A stretch of 64,000 nucleotides of DNA from Candidatus Poribacteria bacterium. GTDB taxonomy: Bacteria > Poribacteria > WGA-4E > PCPOR2b. Shown here one piece after another: positions 47,316-58,404 of the stretch. Position numbers and translations under genes: made by a program. Location: NCBI GenBank assembly GCA_965198175.1, contig OZ240245.1, positions 3,424,001-3,488,000 of the forward strand, given 5' to 3'. How positions within the stretch are numbered: the stretch's first letter is position 1; each line of letters opens with the position of its first letter. The notes under the pieces are model-generated. The model searched no databases, had not been told where the DNA came from, and worked only from the letters and a program-made list of their open reading frames with translations.

Positions 47316-49799
47316 ATGAACTATGCGCGTGTGGTTTTCCCGCTGCCTCAGGATCTCTCCTTTTCGTACGCTATTCCCAATCACCTCGCCTCAATCGTAC
47401 AACCAGGAGCCCGTGTGCTTGCATCGTTAGGTCGGAGCGTGCGCGAAGGCGTCGTAGTCGGGTTGATGGAACAGCCTGAACTCCCCGACTCCTCCATCGA
47501 AATCAAGCCTCTTGTTGACTGCCTTGATGACTCACCCACGTTTTCCGACGAACTGTTGGCGTTGACAAAATGGATTGCCGAATACTACCTGTCGTCGTGG
47601 GGAGAGGCTTTGAAGTCTGCGATTCCCGCTGCCGTTCGGACACAGCAACGCCGTGTCGTCCATCTGCTTGCGACTGACAAACAGATTGAAGTGATGAAGA
47701 AGCGGATGCCTCTGCAGACTCGCATCCTGTCGATTTTACGACAGGATGGGGATTTATCTCCGAATCAGCTTTCTCGACGAATTGGGCGTGGATATTCAAA
47801 GTTGCGGCCTGTGATTTCCACCTTGCAAGAAAAAGGGTTGGTTGAACTGAAGTCGGATTTCCAATCTAAATCGAAACCGTATACAACACTCGTCGCTTCT
47901 TTAGCCAAACCGCTCTCTGAACTCGAGACTGAGATTCCAAACTTAGCAAAGCGAGCGCCGAAACAGGCTCAAATACTGGAGTTCCTCATTGCTCAAAGCC
48001 GCAACTCGGAGAATTTGGACTGGTCGACAAGCGATCTCATCAAACATGCGAATACAGGTCTGATGACCTTGCGAGCGCTTGAGCGGAAAGGGATGATTCA
48101 CATAACATCGGTTCAAGTTGTGCGGAATCCGTTGAGCTTGGAAGCGGTGCCTTCAACACAGCCGCTGACGCTGAACACCAATCAAGTCAGAGCATTAGAA
48201 GCAATTCAGGCAGCAATGAACCAAAATCGCCGAGATACTTTTCTGCTACACGGGGTCACTGGGAGCGGTAAGACAGAGATTTACATGCAAGCGATTGCGA
48301 TTGCCCTCAAGCAGGGCAACGGCACGATTGTCTTAGTGCCAGAAATTGCCTTGACGCCTCAAACCATCTCTCGGATTGTCGGGCGCTTCGGGGCACGGGT
48401 GGCGGTACTACATAGCAACCTTTCGGACGGGGAGCGATACGATCAGTGGCAGCGGATCAGAACCGGGGATGCGGAAATCGTGGTGGGACCGCGGTCGGCA
48501 ATCTTCGCTCCGATGCCCAATCTTGGACTCATTGTAGTCGATGAAGAGCACGAAACCTCATATAAACAAGCAGACGCCTCTCCCCGCTATCACGCACGCG
48601 ATGTCGCCTTAAAGAGATCGGAATTGGTAGATTGTCCCGTGATCTTGGGAACTGCAACGCCATCATTGGAAAGCTTCTATCGCGCGCAGGCGGGCGAATA
48701 TCATCTACTCAGTCTTCCCTCTCGTGTCTCCAATATCAAAATGCCGCCTGTCCAGATTGTCGACATGCGCGAAGAATTGGAAAAGAGCAATCGCACCATT
48801 TTTTCAGTTCCGCTGCGAAGAGCAATCGAAAATCGGCTTTCTCAACAAGAGCAGGTAATCCTGTTCCTGAACCGCCGAGGCTTCTCGACGTATGTCTTTT
48901 GCCGCGCTTGTGGGCACGTCGAGCGGTGCAATGACTGTTCAATCTCGCTGACGTTCCACCTTCATACCAAGCGGATGGTATGCCATCACTGCAATTACGA
49001 ACGACCAACGCCCGTGGGTTGTCCACAATGCGGCAGCATCTACTTCCGTTATTTCGGGCTTGGTACCCAACAAGTCGAGCAGCAAGCAATCAAGGCGTTC
49101 CCAAAGGCGAACATCAAGCGGATGGACACCGATTCGACAACACACAAAGACGCGCACCGGAAAATCTTGGATGCCTTCAGAACAGGGGAAATCGACATTC
49201 TGGTAGGAACACAGATGATTGCAAAGGGATTAGACTTTCCAAACGTGACGCTTGTTGGCGTAATCTCCGCGGATACCACCCTCAACTTGCCTGATTTTCG
49301 CGCGGGCGAACGGGCATTCAGTTTGCTTGCACAGGTTGCCGGTCGATCCGGGCGCAGCCAAGCAGGCGGTGAAGTCATCATTCAAACCTACATGCCTGAG
49401 CATTATAGCATTCAGGCGTCACAAGAACACGACTATCTCCGCTTCTACCGACAGGAAATCGGTTATCGAGAGGAGTTCCTTTATCCACCCTTTAGTCATG
49501 CCGTAACCATCGTACTCCGCGGAGCGGTCGAGAAAGAAGTGATCCATGTAGCAAACTACCTCCTTAACTGTCTAGAAAAGCTGCAAGCGGAGAGATTCTC
49601 GGACGTTGAGATTCGAGGTCCGGTTGCTGCGCCGCTATCAAAAATTATGGGGAAATTCCGCTGGCATTTCCTGCTGCGAGGTAAGCACGTTGAAAAACTG
49701 CGTGAACTCATTCGGCGAGCCGTTGAAACACTGCCGTCCGCTGTTTCGACGAAAAATGTAGATCTAATCGTCGATATTGACCCGATCACAGTTTTGTAA
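47316..49799 (+). CDS. priA: Primosomal protein N'
   Basis: GVTGSGKT, DEEHE, LNRRG, four CxxC pairs, GTQMIAKGLDF, QVAGRSGR. Confidence 0.97.
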   Translation: MNYARVVFPLPQDLSFSYAIPNHLASIVQPGARVLASLGRSVREGVVVGLMEQPELPDSSIEIKPLVDCLDDSPTFSDELLALTKWIAEYYLSSWGEALKSAIPAAVRTQQRRVVHLLATDKQIEVMKKRMPLQTRILSILRQDGDLSPNQLSRRIGRGYSKLRPVISTLQEKGLVELKSDFQSKSKPYTTLVASLAKPLSELETEIPNLAKRAPKQAQILEFLIAQSRNSENLDWSTSDLIKHANTGLMTLRALERKGMIHITSVQVVRNPLSLEAVPSTQPLTLNTNQVRALEAIQAAMNQNRRDTFLLHGVTGSGKTEIYMQAIAIALKQGNGTIVLVPEIALTPQTISRIVGRFGARVAVLHSNLSDGERYDQWQRIRTGDAEIVVGPRSAIFAPMPNLGLIVVDEEHETSYKQADASPRYHARDVALKRSELVDCPVILGTATPSLESFYRAQAGEYHLLSLPSRVSNIKMPPVQIVDMREELEKSNRTIFSVPLRRAIENRLSQQEQVILFLNRRGFSTYVFCRACGHVERCNDCSISLTFHLHTKRMVCHHCNYERPTPVGCPQCGSIYFRYFGLGTQQVEQQAIKAFPKANIKRMDTDSTTHKDAHRKILDAFRTGEIDILVGTQMIAKGLDFPNVTLVGVISADTTLNLPDFRAGERAFSLLAQVAGRSGRSQAGGEVIIQTYMPEHYSIQASQEHDYLRFYRQEIGYREEFLYPPFSHAVTIVLRGAVEKEVIHVANYLLNCLEKLQAERFSDVEIRGPVAAPLSKIMGKFRWHFLLRGKHVEKLRELIRRAVETLPSAVSTKNVDLIVDIDPITVL

Positions 49800-50025
49800 T
49801 ATCATCCAAAAGCGTTCAAAAAAAACGTGCCGATTCTTAGCCCTCTAATGACAAACGGATTGTAAAAATGAACTGTGCGCTTCGATCGCAAGGGTAGATC
49901 TCTTTCTCCGAATGACTTGACTTTCACCGTATAGTTCGGTAAAATTCAAAAAGGCTGCTTTTGTCCACCGCTGCGTTGGACGAATCAGCGAATCGGGACA
50001 ATTTGGTCACACGAGAGGAAACGAG

Positions 50026-50973
50026 ATGAACCTTTTCAAAAAGGATAAGAGTGGAGATGCAAAGGGGAAAGCACCGTCCTCACAAGGCGGGAAGAGCCAT
50101 CCAGAACTACAGATGATGGGCAATCCAGCAGCTTCTAGAACGACGGCACCGCAAGCAAGCGCACCACAGCAGAACGTGATGCTTCCGGATGTTCAGTATA
50201 AGATTGCCGTGGCAAGCGGAAAAGGCGGTGTCGGGAAATCGACAGTAGCGACGAACCTAGCACTCGCTCTGGCGCAAAGATCGGCGAAAGTTGGGCTGAT
50301 GGATGCAGACGCCTATGGTCCAAGCATTCCGACCATGATGGGAATCAATAAACAGCCAGAGGTGGGGCAAGATAGGAAATTGATTCCGCTTGCTAGTCAC
50401 GACATTAAACTCATGTCGATCGGCTTCATGGTATCCGAGGAACAGGCGATGATCTGGCGCGGTCCTATGTTGCACAGCGCGATTCGCCAGTTCTTGAGCG
50501 ATGTCAACTGGGGTGAGCTCGATTATCTGATTATCGATTTGCCGCCCGGCACCGGAGATGCCGCTCTTTCTTTAACACAAGCCATTCCCCTGACCGGCGC
50601 TGTGATTGTGACCACGCCACAGGATGTTGCACTTGCCGACGTTCGGCGAGGCGTCGCCATGTTTGAAAAGCTCAACGTACCGATTCTGGGCGTGGTTGAA
50701 AACATGAGCTATTTCATCTGTCACCATTGTGACAAGAGAACAGACATCTTCAGAGCCGATGGCGGGAAGAAAATCAGCCAAAAACTCGGTATCCCATTCC
50801 TGGGGGCGATACCGATTGATCCGGAGATTTGTACAGGCGGCGATCTCGGTGTACCAATTGTTGCATCGCACCCGGATTCGTCACAATCCGAGGCATTCCG
50901 CAATGCAGCGAATCTGCTCGTAGAGAAACTCCGCGAACATGGATCGGAAAGCGAATTGACGATTCTCAGTTGA
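50026..50973 (+). CDS. mrp: Mrp/NBP35 (ApbC) Fe-S carrier ATPase
   Basis: SGKGGVGKST, WRGPM, DLPPGTGD, ENMS---CHHC. Confidence 0.93.
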   Translation: MNLFKKDKSGDAKGKAPSSQGGKSHPELQMMGNPAASRTTAPQASAPQQNVMLPDVQYKIAVASGKGGVGKSTVATNLALALAQRSAKVGLMDADAYGPSIPTMMGINKQPEVGQDRKLIPLASHDIKLMSIGFMVSEEQAMIWRGPMLHSAIRQFLSDVNWGELDYLIIDLPPGTGDAALSLTQAIPLTGAVIVTTPQDVALADVRRGVAMFEKLNVPILGVVENMSYFICHHCDKRTDIFRADGGKKISQKLGIPFLGAIPIDPEICTGGDLGVPIVASHPDSSQSEAFRNAANLLVEKLREHGSESELTILS

Positions 50974-51016
50974 TTACCGATTCATAATTTTGATGATTGA
51001 GGACAGTGAAAGACAG

Positions 51017-51748
51017 TCAGGGCATCAGCATTCCGCCATTCACATCTAAGATGACGCCTGTCAGATATGATCCCTCATCTGACGCAAGGAACAGTGCGAC
51101 GTTTGCTACCTCCTTCGGGTCGGCGACACGACCCAGCGGAATTTGTGGTGTCATCTCGGGGTGATCTTTCGTCATCTCTGTCTTAGCCACACCGGGCGCA
51201 ATTGCGTTGATGGTGATTCCGTATTCGCCAAGCCGACGCGCAAACGATTTCGTCAAGCACATCACTCCCGCTTTAGATGAAGCATAGGGCGCCGATGCAA
51301 ACAGTCCGCCAACTCTACCCGCGATAGACCCCAGATTGATAATCCTGCCAGACCTCTGCTTTCTCATAATCTCCATTACCGCCTGCGAGCAGAGAAAAGG
51401 TCCCTTGAGATTAACAGCCATGATCCGATCCCATTCTGATTCGGTACACTCCTCGATTGGTGTGTGGCTAAATATTCCGGCGTTATTTACGAGAATATCG
51501 ATCCGTTCAAAGGTATGGAGCGTTTGAGAAACCATTGCGCGGACAGCATCACCGTTGGAGACGTCCGTGTGGATTGCGAGCGCAAGTACACCAAGTGCGC
51601 GAACCTGTTCTGCAACAACTTCAGCAGTTTCCCGGTTTTGTTCGGCAATGGCGATATGTGCGCCTTCACTGGCAAACCTGAGGCAAATCGCCCGCCCAAT
51701 TCCTTGCCCACCGCCTGTCACAATTGCAACGCGATTTTTCAGTCTCAT
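51017..51748 (-). CDS. SDR family oxidoreductase (FabG-like)
   Basis: TGGGQGIG, NNAG, YASSK. Confidence 0.9.
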   Translation of the reverse strand: MRLKNRVAIVTGGGQGIGRAICLRFASEGAHIAIAEQNRETAEVVAEQVRALGVLALAIHTDVSNGDAVRAMVSQTLHTFERIDILVNNAGIFSHTPIEECTESEWDRIMAVNLKGPFLCSQAVMEIMRKQRSGRIINLGSIAGRVGGLFASAPYASSKAGVMCLTKSFARRLGEYGITINAIAPGVAKTEMTKDHPEMTPQIPLGRVADPKEVANVALFLASDEGSYLTGVILDVNGGMLMP

Positions 51749-51993
51749 TGTTCGTCTCCCTAATTTGACTAAACTCTAGTTGATGGTGAAAACAACCGCG
51801 TTTTCATCATCCAAACTCGCACATTAGTTTTATCTTCCGCCTCTCCCGCCAAGCGTGGGTTGAGACGTTTTTGTATTGAGGATTTCGGGTGGGTTATGTT
51901 AGAATACAAAATACCCGGCTCTTATTATCTTAGAAAGTAGAACTCAAGTCAACTCCAAACCAACCAATGCCGGATTCCCAATGGAGACCTGTT

Positions 51994-52374
51994 ATGAACC
52001 CCAAAAAGATTAACATCTCTGCTCAGCCTGTCGTCATGGAGGCTGAACTAAATAACTCGGAAACAGCGCAAATGATTTGGGATGCGCTACCGATTGAGGA
52101 ACGTGGGAGTACATGGGGCGACGAAATCTACTTTTCCATCTCAGTGAACGCGGATGCTGAAAACCCTCAAGAAGTCGTGGAACTAGGCGATGTCGGCTAT
52201 TGGCCCCTCGGTACCGCGTTTTGTATTTTCTTTGGCCCAACACCGATGAGTCAGGGGGATGAAATCCGTCCTGCGAGCGCAGTCAATGTAATTGGTAAAC
52301 TGATAGGCGACCCAAAGGCGTTTAATCAGGTCAAGAATGGAACCACGGTCAAAATCGAAAGAATTGGGGAATAG
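51994..52374 (+). CDS. Cyclophilin-like fold protein (TM1367/DUF369 type)
   Basis: WGDEIYF, GDVGYWP-G-AFCIFFGPTP, PASAVNVIG. Confidence 0.85.
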   Translation: MNPKKINISAQPVVMEAELNNSETAQMIWDALPIEERGSTWGDEIYFSISVNADAENPQEVVELGDVGYWPLGTAFCIFFGPTPMSQGDEIRPASAVNVIGKLIGDPKAFNQVKNGTTVKIERIGE

Positions 52375-52460
52375 CGGTTAACGAAGATTAGAAATCAGTC
52401 GAGACTTCAGCTTGAAGCTTGTCGTACCGCGGCTTATTCACGTGTCAGGAGGTAAAAACC

Positions 52461-53111
52461 ATGCAGCTGAACGAAGAAGAAAAGCAAGCACTGAGGGAGA
52501 AATATAAACAACAACGGCGGGCGATGTGGGCTGGAAAACGCGCATCAGACGCTTCGGGTAAATCGGCACCGGCGGAGGTGGCACATCCCGAAGCTGAAAC
52601 CGACATTGCTGATCTCCATGAAACAGGCGACCAAAAACGTCAAACCCACACAGTGAGTTCTGCGCTTACCACAGAGCCTGAAAGCAGCGCCAGTGTCACA
52701 GCTCACAAAGGTGCGACCGTAGAAATCGCTGATGATGCATTTCGCCCAGATGAATCTACAAGTCAACCCACAACCCAACAGCCGACGATCGATGACGCAG
52801 ACTCGCGCCAGTTGCATCAAACTGAACAGATAGCTGCAGCAGTCAACGCGCCAAGGTCTGACACTACACGTTTGGTGGAGAAAATTCGAGAGCAGCGGGA
52901 AGAAATGTGGGAGGCACAGTCCTCAATTCGCTCACGTCCTGAAAAGCGGCGGCGTAACAGTGAAAAGGCGGAGCGTAAATCCTCGCGCGGGTCGAAAGAA
53001 GAAGGAGAACCGGCAATGTTGACATGGAAGCTAGCGCTAGGAGTTATCGGGACAATCATCGTTTTAATTGCGATAGGAATCGGGCTAGGGATCTGGTTTG
53101 CGAGTCAATAG
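52461..53111 (+). CDS. Hypothetical tail-anchored protein, largely disordered
   Basis: AGGAGG RBS; polar low-complexity body, single C-terminal TM helix. Confidence 0.7.
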   Translation: MQLNEEEKQALREKYKQQRRAMWAGKRASDASGKSAPAEVAHPEAETDIADLHETGDQKRQTHTVSSALTTEPESSASVTAHKGATVEIADDAFRPDESTSQPTTQQPTIDDADSRQLHQTEQIAAAVNAPRSDTTRLVEKIREQREEMWEAQSSIRSRPEKRRRNSEKAERKSSRGSKEEGEPAMLTWKLALGVIGTIIVLIAIGIGLGIWFASQ

Positions 53112-53242
53112 TGTGAGTTGTGAAGACCGGGAGATTGCCGGATTCTTTTTCGCACATGCTCAGACATGCTCAGATCCCTAAGTAATTGGCTTGAAGAAAA
53201 CGGCAGTGCCGAAGCAATGCAGGTTTCAGCCGAGAAGTTTTT

Positions 53243-56200
53243 ATGAAAACAGGAACGGGTTGGTTTTACATGTTACACATGACGATTCGTGTTGTCAGTG
53301 TTATGTCGCTCGTTCTCCTGTTTTTGTGCCTTTCGACTTCCATGTTGTGTGCGGAAGTGCGCGCATTCGCACCCGCACATCAGCGCCACCGTCCCCAAGC
53401 GTTCGATGGAACGCTCCACCTTACGCGAGCGCCGCGAATTGGTGAGGAAGCCACGCTCATCTTATCAATTCGCTCCAACCTGGTCGACACGGTGCACGCA
53501 CGCATTCAATTTCGCCTTCCACACGGGATTTTGCCTGGTTCAACCGATCTTTTTGATCGAGTCTACTTTCCCCCGTATGCTCCGGTTCAGCAACACAGTG
53601 TTCTGATTCGTGTGAGGAAGCTGGGAGTGTATCCCCTGCAAGCGTCAATCTACGCGACGCTCGCGAATGGCCAAACCGTAATCGAGCATTTCTACACATA
53701 CCTTCGGGTGATGCCAGGTTACGCTCAAGTTCGGGCTGTTCCGTTTGACGAGCCTGTAGACAACTTGTCTCTGGCAACACAAGCACGGTTTCGGGCATTT
53801 CGTGCTCCTGCGGGCGAGGTAACGGTTCGCGGTTCGGTCGTTTATTTCAACGACAATGAGGAAGAAGAACTCCCAATCCATCGCCCGCAAGTTACGCTCT
53901 ACCTGGATATGCCTGTTGGCGATGATATTAAAATTGACGAGACAATCGCTGATGACCGTGGAGAATACATCTTTGAAAATCTAACTCACTCGGAGCTCAA
54001 CAGTAGAACGCCCCGCAATCTTTATGTCGTTGTGAGATTCGATAACTACGTGTTGGCAATCGAAAATCCAGGGTCAAACGTATATGAGTTCGCATCGGAA
54101 ACTGTTCGAGATGTCCCCGATGGCGAGACGACTATTCATCTATCCATGGATTCTCGAAATCCAAACCGCGCGCTAGGGTATATTTTCAATACCGTCCAAC
54201 GCGCACACGCCTTTTTGCTCAACCGGTTGGGATGGGAGCGGGATCGCGCTGTGCAGGTGATTTGGCCTGGTGCGGAGAACATCTCCTACTACGCTCCTAA
54301 GCAAATTGGCGGTCAAGTGTCAAGCGAAACAATCAACATCGCCCACGGAGATCAGTGGACGCGCATCCTTATGTTCCACGAATATGCGCACGCTGTTATG
54401 ACTGCGGCCTACGGCTACAACTACGATTCAGTGCCGAAAGGCACGTATCAGGGCTCGCACCGACTAGAAACGGTATCGGATGCCGGTTTCGCCTTTAATG
54501 AGGGATGGGCGGCGTTTATGGAGGCAGCCGTGGACAACCGTGCATTGAATGTCACCGGTTACCTCAATCAAGCCGTGCCGAATATCGAATCCAATCGATG
54601 GTGGACAGGGCATGTCGAAGGCTTGGGACTAAATACGAGGGGCGAGACCGTCGAAGGAGCGGTGGCGAGTATCTTGTGGGACATCTTCGATACAGTGGAA
54701 TCCATTGACCATCAACCCGAGATCGATGACGACGGAATTTCCGACCGCACAGATCTACTCTGGGAGATTATCACCAACGAAAAACCCCAGAGTATCACAG
54801 ATGTCGCTATCGCCTGGCGCAAGCGCAGGTTCCCAATGTTGGAGGCGCTAGAGGAAATTTATGCCACTCATCGCACGTTTTTTCGTCCTAACGTCGCTCC
54901 ATCTTTTCAGTTTACATCCCCAACTATTGATGGCGGCGTCTCGGATAAATTCTTCCGGATTACTTGGGAAGCCTCTGACCCCGATGACAACAACTTTACA
55001 ATCGCGTTGTTCTATGACCGAGACAATCGTCCGGGCGGTACGACACCGATCAAATCCGGCGTATCGTCGAATCACTCGGCGTTTACCTGGAACACAGATT
55101 CTCTCGCTGAAGGCACCTACTACCTTGGTGCAGTTATTACGGATTCGCAGAATCCACCAACCGAGGTGTACAGCGATGGATTCGTAATTGTTGATCACAC
55201 ACCGCTTCTGCCGCCCGTTATTACTTCCAATACTCACCGGAACTTCAATCGATGGTATGCAGACAACTCGCCGCAATTGGAATTGCTGACCCCGCCGACG
55301 GCGATCGCTGGACAGCAATACAGTTTCATCCTGAATCGAGAACCTGAATCAGTGCCCGACACACGACCGGACGCGCTTGTCAGAAGTAATGCGTTGGTGT
55401 TCACCGGCCTCAGTGACGGCGTTTGGTGGGTACATGTACGTGCACGTGATGCGTTAGGATATTGGACCGATGCCAGCCATTTCGGCTTCAAGATTGATAG
55501 CACACCGCCACCCACAGTGTCGAATCCTAATTGGCTGACGGAGGAGGCGGGAAACTCACCGGACATTACGCTGGAGTGGGATGCAGTTGATGACACAAGC
55601 GGAATTATCGCCTACCACGTCCAGATTGATGTGGGTTCCAGAGATTTCCAATCAGGGAAGCTTTTCGATCGGAAGGTTGATGGGGGGTTGACTCGTCACA
55701 CATTCACAGGAGAGCTTAACGAAACATACTACGCCAGAATCAAGGCGGAGAACCGTGCGCATTTGTCAAGCCGCAACTGGAGTGTCATCACGCCGGGCGT
55801 TATGTTGAGCGAACCCCCATCAATGTGGGACGTAAACCGAGATGCTGTGGTAGACGTTATCGATTTAGTTTTGGTTGCCATCCACTTGGGGAAAACTATC
55901 GACCAGATTACGAATCCTAACCTGGATGTCAATGGAGATGGAGTTGTAGACATCACTGACTTGGTGGTAGTGGCAAGACATTTTGAAGAGAACACCAATG
56001 CCGCACCGAGATTGGCTCGCACGGAGCGCGGTATACTGCAAGGATTTTTCGACACAGCTCCGCTCAAGCAATCCATTGCGACTCAACCCAAACCACAACA
56101 AGAATCGCATTTCACATCTCCCACTCACTTTGAGATTGATTTAACCCAAGTTGAAAAGGCGTTATCGGCACTGCGTCGTCAACCTTACTTTTCATCCCGG

Positions 56201-56593
56201 GGGCGCGCGGCGTTAGAAGCGCTGAAATCTTGGGTAGAAGCGGCGAAACAGCAAACGCATCTGAATTCTCAGTTGCCTACCGTAACGAAAACGAGAGTCT
56301 TGCCTGTTTATCCCAACCCATTCAATCCGGAGGTATGGATACCCTACGAACTTGCAGCGCCCGGTGGTATAGAGATCGATATTTATGCAGCACCGGGACG
56401 ATTGGTTCGCCGCTTAAACCTCGGGCAACAACCAGCGGGGCGGTACCATCGACGCGAGAACGCAGCATATTGGGATGGTCGTAACGAAGCGGGAGAAGTA
56501 GTTGCAAGCGGTCTCTATGTCTATGTCATGCGCGTCGCTAATCTCAACGGCGAGCACAACTCATTCGTGCGGAATATGGTGCTCTTGAAGTGA
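53243..56593 (+). CDS. Secreted zinc metallopeptidase-like protein with Ig/FN3-like, dockerin and FlgD-like C-terminal domains
   Basis: HEYAH plus downstream NEGWA; paired DVN-D-VVD--DL calcium-binding repeats; YPNPFNPE-WIPY...AYWDGRN--GE-VASG-Y. Confidence 0.8.
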   Translation: MKTGTGWFYMLHMTIRVVSVMSLVLLFLCLSTSMLCAEVRAFAPAHQRHRPQAFDGTLHLTRAPRIGEEATLILSIRSNLVDTVHARIQFRLPHGILPGSTDLFDRVYFPPYAPVQQHSVLIRVRKLGVYPLQASIYATLANGQTVIEHFYTYLRVMPGYAQVRAVPFDEPVDNLSLATQARFRAFRAPAGEVTVRGSVVYFNDNEEEELPIHRPQVTLYLDMPVGDDIKIDETIADDRGEYIFENLTHSELNSRTPRNLYVVVRFDNYVLAIENPGSNVYEFASETVRDVPDGETTIHLSMDSRNPNRALGYIFNTVQRAHAFLLNRLGWERDRAVQVIWPGAENISYYAPKQIGGQVSSETINIAHGDQWTRILMFHEYAHAVMTAAYGYNYDSVPKGTYQGSHRLETVSDAGFAFNEGWAAFMEAAVDNRALNVTGYLNQAVPNIESNRWWTGHVEGLGLNTRGETVEGAVASILWDIFDTVESIDHQPEIDDDGISDRTDLLWEIITNEKPQSITDVAIAWRKRRFPMLEALEEIYATHRTFFRPNVAPSFQFTSPTIDGGVSDKFFRITWEASDPDDNNFTIALFYDRDNRPGGTTPIKSGVSSNHSAFTWNTDSLAEGTYYLGAVITDSQNPPTEVYSDGFVIVDHTPLLPPVITSNTHRNFNRWYADNSPQLELLTPPTAIAGQQYSFILNREPESVPDTRPDALVRSNALVFTGLSDGVWWVHVRARDALGYWTDASHFGFKIDSTPPPTVSNPNWLTEEAGNSPDITLEWDAVDDTSGIIAYHVQIDVGSRDFQSGKLFDRKVDGGLTRHTFTGELNETYYARIKAENRAHLSSRNWSVITPGVMLSEPPSMWDVNRDAVVDVIDLVLVAIHLGKTIDQITNPNLDVNGDGVVDITDLVVVARHFEENTNAAPRLARTERGILQGFFDTAPLKQSIATQPKPQQESHFTSPTHFEIDLTQVEKALSALRRQPYFSSRGRAALEALKSWVEAAKQQTHLNSQLPTVTKTRVLPVYPNPFNPEVWIPYELAAPGGIEIDIYAAPGRLVRRLNLGQQPAGRYHRRENAAYWDGRNEAGEVVASGLYVYVMRVANLNGEHNSFVRNMVLLK

Positions 56594-56726
56594 GGCCGCT
56601 AAGTGGTTTGCGGACGCCTCTATGCCGGCGGCAACGGACTTCTCATAAGCCATTGGGCGGCGCCGGCACGCCTTGGTTAGTGACGCGCGGCGGAGATGTT
56701 AGCCTGTATAGCCCCTCATGCACGGT

Positions 56727-58226
56727 TCATCTCTGCGATTCGAAGTTCTTTAGCACGACATACTCTGGGAGGCCATTCCTGTGTCTAACATACAATACGA
56801 CCTTGGGGTTAGCTGCAACTGCCTTGACTTGTTCACGAAATTTTGCGATGGTGGTAATCTTCTCCCATTCAACCTCTTGAATGAGATCGCCTCTGCGGAT
56901 ACCGCCTCTCGCGGCAGGACTTCCTCGTTCAACGTCAACGACAAGCACGCCGTTTTCTCTCTCATGACCGTATTCCGCGGCAAGCTGATCGGTGAGCTCG
57001 CTTAGCCGCATCCCTGCATAAATATATCCACCCAGGGCTGCGAGAACTTCTTCAGTCCGTTTGCCAAGTTGGACCCTTAAACTCTTTTCTTTGCCCCTTC
57101 GGATGACTTTCACTTCAACGGTTTTCCCAACTTCTGTCGCGGCAACGGTGTTGCTAAGATGATTGTCATCGCGGATACGGACGTTGTTGAACTCTACAAT
57201 CACATCACCTCTTTGGATTCCCGCCTCATCTCCTGGCATACCTTTGCCGACATAACTTACCAGAGCTCCCCGCGGTTCTCCGAGTTGATGTGTCTCCGCA
57301 ATATCGTGGTCAACCGACTGAAGCCTAACGCCCAACCACCCGCGCTCAACTTCCCCTTTCTCAATGAGTGCCCTCATGATTCGGCCCGCAAGGTTAATTG
57401 GAATTGCAAATCCCACGCCGACATTACCTCGTGAAAAGCCTCCGCCGGTTACAATGGCGGTGTTAATCCCCACCAAGTGACCATGGATGTTAATCAGTGC
57501 TCCCCCACTATTGCCCCGATTAATCGCGGCATCGGTCTGGATGAAGTCCGCATACTTTACTACTACGTTGATTTCATCAGGCGAGCGTCCTTTCGCGCTG
57601 ACAATTCCCCGCGTCACCGTTTGAGCGAAACCAAAAGGAGTCCCGATTGCAACAACCCACTCTCCAACCTGAAGTTTGTCCGAATCACCAAACTTCAGAG
57701 CGGGTAGCCCCTTAGCCTCAATCTTCAGAACAGCGACATCAGCTCCTTCAATCCCTGAATCTCTTCCTATGACTTCCGCCGCATATTTGCGCCCATTCGG
57801 TAGGGTTACCTCGATGTCCTCCGCTCCGTCTATAATGTGGTAGTTCGTTAAGACATAGCCGTCTTCAGTGACAATGACGCCAGATCCGAGTGCTCCCTGA
57901 ACTTCTCGTTTCTGTTCTTCGGGCACAACTTGATCGCGGCGATTACGAGGTTCACCGAACCAGTAATGGAAAAAATCGAATTGACGTTGCGAACCCCTAT
58001 CCGAAACCACTTTTGTCGTCGTAATCTGTACGACAGAGGATTTCGCAGCGTTAATCACTTCAATAAAGGCGCGGTTTGCCCGTTCAAGATACCTGAAATC
58101 GTCATCCGCAGCTTGACCGACTGCCGTTTGAGTTGTAAAGGAATCCAAATTGAGTGCAATAGTAACAGCGGCCATTACCAGTAAAATCAGTAAAACTCCC
58201 CATTTGGTCGAACAGAATCGAAGCAT
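56727..58226 (-). CDS. degP: HtrA/DegP-like serine protease with two PDZ domains
   Basis: GSGVI, TNYH, QTDAAINRGNSGG, GFAIP; start 58226 has GGAGGA RBS. Confidence 0.92.
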   Translation of the reverse strand: MLRFCSTKWGVLLILLVMAAVTIALNLDSFTTQTAVGQAADDDFRYLERANRAFIEVINAAKSSVVQITTTKVVSDRGSQRQFDFFHYWFGEPRNRRDQVVPEEQKREVQGALGSGVIVTEDGYVLTNYHIIDGAEDIEVTLPNGRKYAAEVIGRDSGIEGADVAVLKIEAKGLPALKFGDSDKLQVGEWVVAIGTPFGFAQTVTRGIVSAKGRSPDEINVVVKYADFIQTDAAINRGNSGGALINIHGHLVGINTAIVTGGGFSRGNVGVGFAIPINLAGRIMRALIEKGEVERGWLGVRLQSVDHDIAETHQLGEPRGALVSYVGKGMPGDEAGIQRGDVIVEFNNVRIRDDNHLSNTVAATEVGKTVEVKVIRRGKEKSLRVQLGKRTEEVLAALGGYIYAGMRLSELTDQLAAEYGHERENGVLVVDVERGSPAARGGIRRGDLIQEVEWEKITTIAKFREQVKAVAANPKVVLYVRHRNGLPEYVVLKNFESQR

Positions 58227-58344
58227 TTTTGTTGTCCTCCTAACCGATTTCTGATAAGTATTTTTTAAATTTCGTCTTGTTCTCTTCCAGTCACACCAAC
58301 GCTGAAACAAAAGTTCCAATTTTGATAACGCTCGGAAAACCAAC

Positions 58345-58382
58345 AAAAAAAGGCGCCCCGCCTTTCCGTGCAGGACGCCTTT
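58345..58382 (-). terminator. Intrinsic terminator after hsp20
   Basis: AGGCGTCCTGC/GCGGGGCGCCT stem followed by a T run on the minus strand. Confidence 0.75.
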
Positions 58383-58404
58383 ATGATAACCCAACTCAGC
58401 GAGA

